Of a stretch of 64,000 nucleotides of DNA, positions 57,608 through 64,000 are shown piece by piece. The notes beneath the pieces were generated by a model that ran no database searches, was not told where the DNA came from, and saw only the letters and a list, made by a program, of their open reading frames with translations. Location: assembly GCA_965248835.1 (NCBI GenBank), contig CBDFLJ010000002.1, positions 1,824,001-1,888,000 of the forward strand, written 5' to 3'. The stretch's first letter is position 1. Every line of letters starts with the position of its first letter. The position numbers were made by a program, and so were the translations under genes. This DNA comes from Alphaproteobacteria bacterium (GTDB lineage: Bacteria > Pseudomonadota > Alphaproteobacteria > MPNO01).

Positions 57608-58815
57608 ATGAAAAAGCAGTTCATGAAAACGACCGCGCTGGTCGCCGCCGCACTGATCGGCGGCGTCGGCTCGGCAGCGCTGGCGCAGGACAAGATGCAG
57701 GCCAACAAGCCGATGATGAGCCTCGGCGGGTATTACAGGGCGACATCGGCTTCCCGATCAACAACGTGATGGCGCGGCCAAGCATTCGACGATCGACTAC
57801 CACGCCGAGTCGGAGGTCCACTTCAACGGCGCGGTCAAGCTCGACAACGGCGTCTCGATCAGGGTGCGCTGGGAGCTCGAAGGCGATGCCGACGGCTCGC
57901 CGGCGCCCAATTCCTCTGCGCACAACCATGGTATCGATGCCGATAAAGACGGCGAATTAAGTGACACCGAAGCCGACGCCGCTGAGGAGGCGGAGGTAAA
58001 CTCCGTGGTCGGCCGCGACCCGATCGACGAGGTCCTATGTGACGGTCTCGGGTGCCTTCGGCCAGTTCATCCTGGGCTCGACCGACAACGCGGCGTACAA
58101 GATGCACACCGGCTATAGTGGAAGCTGGGCGACCGCCGTCGCTCAGAACCCCACCTTCGACGCCTGGGAATGGACGGCGACCAAACCGGCCGCGTTCGCC
58201 ACGACGCGCGATTCGCGGGCCTCCAGCTTCGATGGCGATGCCGAGAAGATCAGCTACTTCACGCCGCGCGTGTCGGGCTTACAGGTCGGCTTCAGCTACA
58301 CGCCGAACACCCGCGAGCAGGACACCGATGATTCAGGTAAGATGGCCGACGCCGTGGGCAGCTATCACAACGGCATCGCCGTCGGCGTCAACTACACTAG
58401 CAAGTTCGACATGGCTTCGATCGCCGTCGCCGGCGGCTATGTCAGCGTCGAGGCGCCGACGGGCGAGGACGAGAAAGACCCCGTGCTTTGGGTGGCCGCT
58501 ATTCGTGTCGATGCCGGACCGGTGCGCGTCGCCGCCGGATACAAGAATATCACCGAAGGCTCTCTGCGGCCGCAGGGCAGGATATACGATCTCGGCGCCC
58601 GCTACTCGATGGGGCCGAACCGGTGGAGCCTGACCTACTCCCACGGCAAGGAGAAGGAGTCCAACGACTCGTCGCAGGTCGGGATGCTGGGGTTTGCCCG
58701 CACGCTCGGCCCCGGCACAAGATGGCATGCCAACCTGATCTACAACAAGTCCAACTTGGATGGAAACAGCGACAACGCCTGGGCCTTTGCCACCGGCATC
58801 CGGGTCGGTTTCTGA
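57608..58815 (+). pseudogene. Alphaproteobacterial porin, frameshifted (real or assembly indels)
   Basis: MKKQFMKTTAL signal peptide; ESEVHFNGAVKLDNG..RWELEG in a second frame; VSGAFGQFILG, DAEKISYFTPR and terminal GIRVGF in a third. Confidence 0.82.
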
Positions 58816-58840
58816 TCCCAACGCCGAGACACGACCCACC

Positions 58841-58870
58841 GAAGGGCGGCGCAAGCCGCCCTTCTCTTTT
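58841..58870 (+). terminator. Intrinsic terminator after the porin
   Basis: gaagggcggc-gcaa-gccgcccttc followed by tctttt. Confidence 0.8.
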
Positions 58871-58910
58871 CGTGCCCGTCGCGCCGCGGCGGCCGGGCGC
58901 AGCAACGGAG

Positions 58911-59357
58911 CTACCCGACTGCGCCGGCGGCGATCGCGCGACCGTGGCGGATGATCCGCCGGGTCTCCTGCCAGAGCGGGATGTCCTCGATCCCGGCGAC
59001 CGCGGCCCAGCGGACCGCAGCCACATCGCTCGCCGCGCGGGCGGTGCCCGACACCCAGATTGCGGCGAAATCGACCAGGGTGTAGTGATAGCGCACGCCG
59101 CCGGCATCGTCGCGGGTGATGCCGTCGACGACATCGATCAGCCCGGCGATCCGCGCCTCGAGGCCGGTCTCCTCGTGCAGCTCGCGCAGCGCCGCTTCGC
59201 GGACGGTCTCGCCGAGCTCCTGCGCGCCGCCGGGGATGCTCCAGCGGTCCGAGACCGGCGGCTTGGCGCGCTTGACCAGCAAGACCTCATCGCCGCGGAA
59301 GACGGCGACGCCGACGCCGACGAAGGGTCGGTCGGGGTAGGACCGGTCCTCGCTCAC
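58911..59357 (-). CDS. NUDIX hydrolase
   Basis: Nudix box PGGAQELGETVREAALRELHEETGL. GTG start at 59357. Confidence 0.92.
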   Translation of the reverse strand: MSEDRSYPDRPFVGVGVAVFRGDEVLLVKRAKPPVSDRWSIPGGAQELGETVREAALRELHEETGLEARIAGLIDVVDGITRDDAGGVRYHYTLVDFAAIWVSGTARAASDVAAVRWAAVAGIEDIPLWQETRRIIRHGRAIAAGAVG

Positions 59358-59529
59358 GCCTTCCGGCCCGGTTTCGCAATCATCGGTGATCTCCCATCCG
59401 GCCGGAGGCGGTCGTATTGACGCCGCCGCGCGGGCGCCGCTAGGGTGCCGGCCGGCCCGGGCAGCAATGCCTGAAAATCCAGGCCATTCCAAGGCAATTC
59501 GGCCCGCGGGGCCGGGCGAGGGAGCGCGT

Positions 59530-60210
59530 TTGCGGCTTGTGCTGGAGACATCCGACGGCGAGCGTCCGATCGATTTCACGCCCGCAGACCTGGTGATTGC
59601 CGGCTGGACCGGGCGCGACATCCAGGCGGTCGAGGCGCACATCGCGGAGCTTGCGGCGATCGGCGTGGCACGCCCGCCGCATGTGCCCTGCTTCTACCGC
59701 GTGTCCGCCGCCCTGCTGACCGCCGCCGGCACGATCCAGGTCTCGGGCACGGATTCCAGCGGCGAGGTGGAGTTCGTGCTCTACGGCGCCGCGGGCGGCA
59801 TGCTGGTCGGGCTCGGCTCGGACCATACCGACCGCAAGGTCGAGACCTATTCGGTGAGGGTCTCCAAGCAGATGTGCGCCAAGCCGATATGCGGCTCGGT
59901 CTGGCGCTTCGAGGACGTGGCCGATCATTGGGATTCGCTGATCCTGCGGTCCTGGGCGGTAAACGGGGGCGAGCGCGCGCGCTATCAGGAAGGCAAGGTA
60001 AGCGCCATGCGCACGCCCGACGACCTGATCGGCCGCTATACCGGCGGCGCGGCGGCGCTGCCGGTCGGAACCGTCATGTTCGGCGGGACGCTCGTCGTCC
60101 AAGGCGGGCTGCGCCCGGCCGAGCGCTTCGAGATGGAGATCGCCGATCCGGTCCTCGGCCGCAGCCTGAGCCATGCCTACGACACCGTTGCCTTGCCGGC
60201 CGAAGGCTGA
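59530..60210 (+). CDS. DUF2848 family protein
   Basis: VIAGWTGRD, HIAELAAIGV, SSGEVE, GSDHTDRKVE, SKQMCAKP. Start uncertain (ATG 59467 or TTG 59530). Confidence 0.82.
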   Translation: MRLVLETSDGERPIDFTPADLVIAGWTGRDIQAVEAHIAELAAIGVARPPHVPCFYRVSAALLTAAGTIQVSGTDSSGEVEFVLYGAAGGMLVGLGSDHTDRKVETYSVRVSKQMCAKPICGSVWRFEDVADHWDSLILRSWAVNGGERARYQEGKVSAMRTPDDLIGRYTGGAAALPVGTVMFGGTLVVQGGLRPAERFEMEIADPVLGRSLSHAYDTVALPAEG

Positions 60211-60239
60211 TCGCGACACCCGGATCGAGGAGACCGACG

Positions 60240-60626
60240 ATGCCCGTCAACAAGCAGCACCTGGAGTTCCATCCGCTCGACCTGGAGGGCGGCTTCGAGG
60301 CGGTTCCCGGCTATCCGCCCGGCGTGACCCAGAAGATCCTGACCGGCACCCTCGACGAGGCGGAAAAGACCGGCGGCCGGACGCGGCTGCTCCGCTTCGC
60401 GCCGGGCGCGTTCACCACCGAGCCCTTCGTCCACGACTACTGGGAGGAGGTCTATCAGGTCACCGGCGATTTGTGGGTGGGCAGCAATGCCCAGGGCAAG
60501 GGCGGCGAACGGTTCGCGCCCAACACCTACGCCTGCCGACCGCCGGGCGCCTATCATGGCCCGTTTCGCTCCGAAGGCGGCTGTGTGCTGCTCGAGCACC
60601 ACTATTACGACGAAACCCCAACCTGA
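60240..60626 (+). CDS. Cupin (ChrR-like) domain protein
   Basis: RTRLLRFAPG, HDYWEEVY, YACRPPGAYHGPF. Confidence 0.85.
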   Translation: MPVNKQHLEFHPLDLEGGFEAVPGYPPGVTQKILTGTLDEAEKTGGRTRLLRFAPGAFTTEPFVHDYWEEVYQVTGDLWVGSNAQGKGGERFAPNTYACRPPGAYHGPFRSEGGCVLLEHHYYDETPT

Positions 60627-60640
60627 ACCGGAGAGCCGCC

Positions 60641-62008
60641 GTGCCGCTCGGATCCAGACCGCTCGCCAGCCTCGCCGCCGATCTCGCCTCCGGCGCCACC
60701 ACCAGCCGCGATCTGGTCGAGGCCGCGATCGCCGCGGCCGAGGACCGCGACGGCGAGGGCGATCGGGTTTTCCTCCGCCTCGACGCCGAGCGCGCGCGTG
60801 CCGAGGCCGAGGCGAGCGACCGGCTGCGCGCGGCAGGCATCGTCGCTTCGCCGCTCGCCGGGCTGCCGGTCTCGATCAAGGATCTGTTCGATGTCGCGGG
60901 CGAGGTGACGACCGCGGCCTCGCGCACGCTTGCCGACATGCCGCCGGCAAGGCGGGATTCGGCCGTCGTCGCGCGGATCAGAGCCGCCGGCGGGATTCCG
61001 TTCGGCCGCACCAACCTGACCGAGTTCGCCTATTCGGGGATCGGCATCAACCCCCATTTCGGCACGCCGAAGAACCCCTGGGACCGCGCGCGCGGGCGCA
61101 TCCCGGGCGGATCCTCGGCCGGCGCCGCAGTCTCGGTGACCGACGGCATGGCCGCCGCCGCGCTCGGCAGCGACACCGGCGGCTCGGTGCGCATCCCGGC
61201 CGCGCTGTGCGGTCTGACCGGGTTCAAGACCACCACCGGCCGCATCCCGCTCGATGGCGTCTTCCCGCTGTCCAATACGCTCGATTCGGCCGGGCCGCTG
61301 GCGCCGTCCGTCGCCTGCTGCGCCTTGCTCGATGCGGTCATGGCCGGCCGCGACCCCTTCGCCGCCGCCGCGCCCCTTCCCGTCAAGGGGATGCGCCTTG
61401 GCGTCGCGGCGACGCTCGCCCAGGACGGTATGGACGGGACCGTGGGCGCGGCGTTCCAGGCGGCGCTTTCGGCCCTGTCGGCCGCCGGTGCCGCGGTCCG
61501 GGACATCGCGCTCGAGGACATGGGCAGGATCCCCGAGGTCAGCGTCCACGGCGGGATATTGGGGGCGGAGGCCTACGCGCTCCACCGCGCGCGCCTTGCC
61601 GAGCGCGGCGCGATGGTCGACCCGCGGGTAAGGGTCCGGATCGAGCGCGGGGCCAACATCTCATCGGCCGATCTCCTGGACATCCTGGCCGCGCGCGCCG
61701 AGATAAGGGCGCGGACCGATGCGGTCACCGCCGACTACGACGCGGTGCTGATGCCGACGGTCGCCGTCATCGCCCCGCCGATCGATGACATCATCGCCAG
61801 CGACGATCTCTATGCGGAGATGAACCCGTTCATCCTGCGCAACACGACGCTCGGCAACTTCCTCGACCGCTGCGCGCTGAGCATCCCGATCCACGCGCCC
61901 GGCGAGGCGCCGGTCGGGCTGATGGTGATGGACCACAGCGGCGCCGACGACCACCTTGTCCGCATCGGGCTCGGCATCGAGCCGGTGGTCAGGCGGCTTC
62001 CGGGTTAG
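60641..62008 (+). CDS. Amidase signature family protein
   Basis: GLPVSIKDLFD, GRTNLTEFAYSG, GGSSAG, GSDTGGSVRIPAALCG. Confidence 0.92.
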   Translation: MPLGSRPLASLAADLASGATTSRDLVEAAIAAAEDRDGEGDRVFLRLDAERARAEAEASDRLRAAGIVASPLAGLPVSIKDLFDVAGEVTTAASRTLADMPPARRDSAVVARIRAAGGIPFGRTNLTEFAYSGIGINPHFGTPKNPWDRARGRIPGGSSAGAAVSVTDGMAAAALGSDTGGSVRIPAALCGLTGFKTTTGRIPLDGVFPLSNTLDSAGPLAPSVACCALLDAVMAGRDPFAAAAPLPVKGMRLGVAATLAQDGMDGTVGAAFQAALSALSAAGAAVRDIALEDMGRIPEVSVHGGILGAEAYALHRARLAERGAMVDPRVRVRIERGANISSADLLDILAARAEIRARTDAVTADYDAVLMPTVAVIAPPIDDIIASDDLYAEMNPFILRNTTLGNFLDRCALSIPIHAPGEAPVGLMVMDHSGADDHLVRIGLGIEPVVRRLPG

Positions 62009-62038
62009 AGCCCGTCCCGGTCGGGTCGCGCACGCGCC

Positions 62039-63526
62039 CTACTCCGCCGCTTCGGCTTTGCGCCCGCCGATCGAGGCGGCGAGATCGTAGCGGGCGAGAA
62101 TCTCGTCGACCATTCCGGTCGCCGCCGTCCAGTCGTAGGTGCGGTAGGCGTGGCCGCGGGTGACGAACTGGGCGCCGGCGTAAAACATCTCGTACTGGGT
62201 GTGGCGCGAGGCGAATTCCGAGCCCACGGCATCCCAGGCGAGCTTCATGAACTTCACCCTGCCTTCGGGGTCGGTCGCCGGGGATTTCTGGGTCTTGTGG
62301 ATGAGGTTCGAAAGCTCCGGGTTAGCGAAATCCCTGGCCGAGGACGGCAGCATGATCAGGCCGCCGCCGGCGAGTTCGCGGATGGCGTTGATGAACCGGG
62401 GATAGAGATCCTGGGTCAGAACCTGGGCGGAGTACATCAGGTTGCGGTCCGGCACGTAGTAGCCGTGGTATTCCCCGCCGGCGGCTTCCATGCCGTAGAC
62501 CAGGCCTTTGACCATGGCGGCTTGAGCGGCGAGGTTGCCGAGCTGCTCGCGGATTTGCGGAAAGCCCAGGATGCCGTTGGTCTCGGCCACCTTGTGGGCG
62601 ACACCGACGAGAAACCGCATCTTGACCATCAGGCGGATCTGCGCCTGGTAGTTCTGCAGGTAGTGCGCGTAGGTGTCGGAGAACTGCGCCCGGCACATGT
62701 CGGTGTCGCGATAGACGAAGACCCGCTCCCAGGGGACGTGCACGTCGTCGAAATAGACCAGCGCATCGTTCTCGTCGAAATGGGCCGACAGCGGGTAGTC
62801 GTATTCGGTGGTCACCGAGGCCTCATAGGAGCGCCGCGACATGATCTTGACGCCCTTTTGCGCGATCGGCACGGCGAACGAGACCGCGTATTTCTCCTCG
62901 CCCGGCTTCAGGGGCTGGATGTTGGCGACCAGGACCTCGTTGGCCATGATCGAGCCGGTGCCCAGCATCTTCGCACCGCGCACGGTGATGCCCGTCGGGT
63001 CTTCGTCGACCACGCCGCAGGCCAGGAACTCGTCGGCCTGCTCACCGGTGTCCCTGGAACGGTCGGCCTGGGGGTTGATGATGACGTAGGTCATGTAGAT
63101 GTCGGCATCCCGCGCCCAGGCGTAATAGTCGAGCAGCGCCTTGGCGCGCGCCTCGCTGTGCTGGCGGAAGACATGGATACCCATCACCTGGCCGGCCATG
63201 GACGAGGCGATGTGATCGGGCGAGCGGCCGAGCCAGCCGCCGCTCAGGCCCGACCAGGCGGCGATCGCCTGCCGGCGCTCGACAAGCTCTCCATAGGTCC
63301 GGGGGAGCTGCCAGGCGCGGTTGACGCGCTCGCCGCTGGTCGGCGATACGAAGGTCATCAGGTCCAGGTTCTCGGGTGCGGCCTGGAAGTCGTAGAGCGA
63401 AGCGGCCGCGGCGACGGCGTTCCGGTAGGCCGCATGGACGGTCACGTCGCCGACGCATTTTCCGTCGAGGAAGACCTGGCGCCCGTCCTTGAGGCTTTGC
63501 AGATGTTCGGCCCCGGTTTTGGGCAT
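62039..63526 (-). CDS. 4-hydroxyphenylacetate 3-hydroxylase (HpaB) family oxygenase
   Basis: KTGAEHLQSLKDGR, GRSPDH, FDENDA, VPWERVF, FASRHTQYEMFYAG. Confidence 0.9.
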   Translation of the reverse strand: MPKTGAEHLQSLKDGRQVFLDGKCVGDVTVHAAYRNAVAAAASLYDFQAAPENLDLMTFVSPTSGERVNRAWQLPRTYGELVERRQAIAAWSGLSGGWLGRSPDHIASSMAGQVMGIHVFRQHSEARAKALLDYYAWARDADIYMTYVIINPQADRSRDTGEQADEFLACGVVDEDPTGITVRGAKMLGTGSIMANEVLVANIQPLKPGEEKYAVSFAVPIAQKGVKIMSRRSYEASVTTEYDYPLSAHFDENDALVYFDDVHVPWERVFVYRDTDMCRAQFSDTYAHYLQNYQAQIRLMVKMRFLVGVAHKVAETNGILGFPQIREQLGNLAAQAAMVKGLVYGMEAAGGEYHGYYVPDRNLMYSAQVLTQDLYPRFINAIRELAGGGLIMLPSSARDFANPELSNLIHKTQKSPATDPEGRVKFMKLAWDAVGSEFASRHTQYEMFYAGAQFVTRGHAYRTYDWTAATGMVDEILARYDLAASIGGRKAEAAE

Positions 63527-63720
63527 GGTTGCGCTCCTCATCGCGAAGGGATCACCGGCTGCGCGTCACACCGCCTGGACCGAGTTCGGCGCAGACGGGA
63601 CTCTTCCACCTGGCGCCGCCAAGGTCAAGGAAACCCGCCGCCAAGCCGCTGGAAATCCTGGCGATATTGCCCGGCCGGCCGCGCCTGCCTATGGTGGCGC
63701 CGGCCACGAAAGGATCAGCG

Positions 63721-64000
63721 ATGGAACACTGCGCCACGGGCTTTCCCACACCCGGCCCGCTCTATCTGAAACCGACCGGGTATTTCGACTTCGACAACCC
63801 GGCGGTCGCCGCGTTCGCCCGGACCGCATCCGCGGGCGCCGAGACACCGATTGCCCGTGCGGTCAAGCTGTTCTACGCGATCCGCGACGACATCCGCTAC
63901 GACCCCTACACGATGTCCGGCGAGCCGGCAGACTACAGGGCAAGCCACGTGCTGGCCACCGGTGCGGCGTTCTGCGTGCCCAAGGCGAACCTGATGGTCG
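63721..64000 (+). CDS. Transglutaminase-like protein (3' end runs off the window)
   Basis: Hand translation: MEHCATG..YLKPTGYFDFDNPAV..AVKLFYAIRDDIRYDPY..RASHVLATGAAFCVPKANL. Confidence 0.85.
   Translation, partial: MEHCATGFPTPGPLYLKPTGYFDFDNPAVAAFARTASAGAETPIARAVKLFYAIRDDIRYDPYTMSGEPADYRASHVLATGAAFCVPKANLMV

Overview
GC-rich bacterial DNA, most likely Alphaproteobacteria (inferred from protein families and gene order). The left end is housekeeping (ppx-ppk1, divergent sixA). Most of the rest is a dense catabolic region: flavin- and Rieske-type oxygenases, hydantoinase/oxoprolinase A and B, amidases, three old-yellow-enzyme reductases and three TRAP systems, one with a tandem triplicated dctP. 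The stand-out is a ~6 kb cassette at ~10.4-16.8 kb lying between two broken genes. It encodes an acyl-carrier-protein-like protein, an XRE regulator, an ImmA/IrrE-type metallopeptidase, a non-canonical thymidylate-synthase-fold protein, an aGPT-Pplase/5-hmdU hypermodification-family protein with an N-terminal AT-hook, a MazG-like pyrophosphatase, its own holo-ACP synthase and a dCTP deaminase with a C-terminal hydrophobic helix. This is a candidate inducible pyrimidine/DNA-modification or anti-phage system that uses a carrier protein. A second disturbed patch (~56.9-58.1 kb) holds an integrase remnant, short tandem repeats and a frameshifted porin. No rRNA, tRNA or CRISPR array was recognised. 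All product calls are motif recognition by eye, not database searches.
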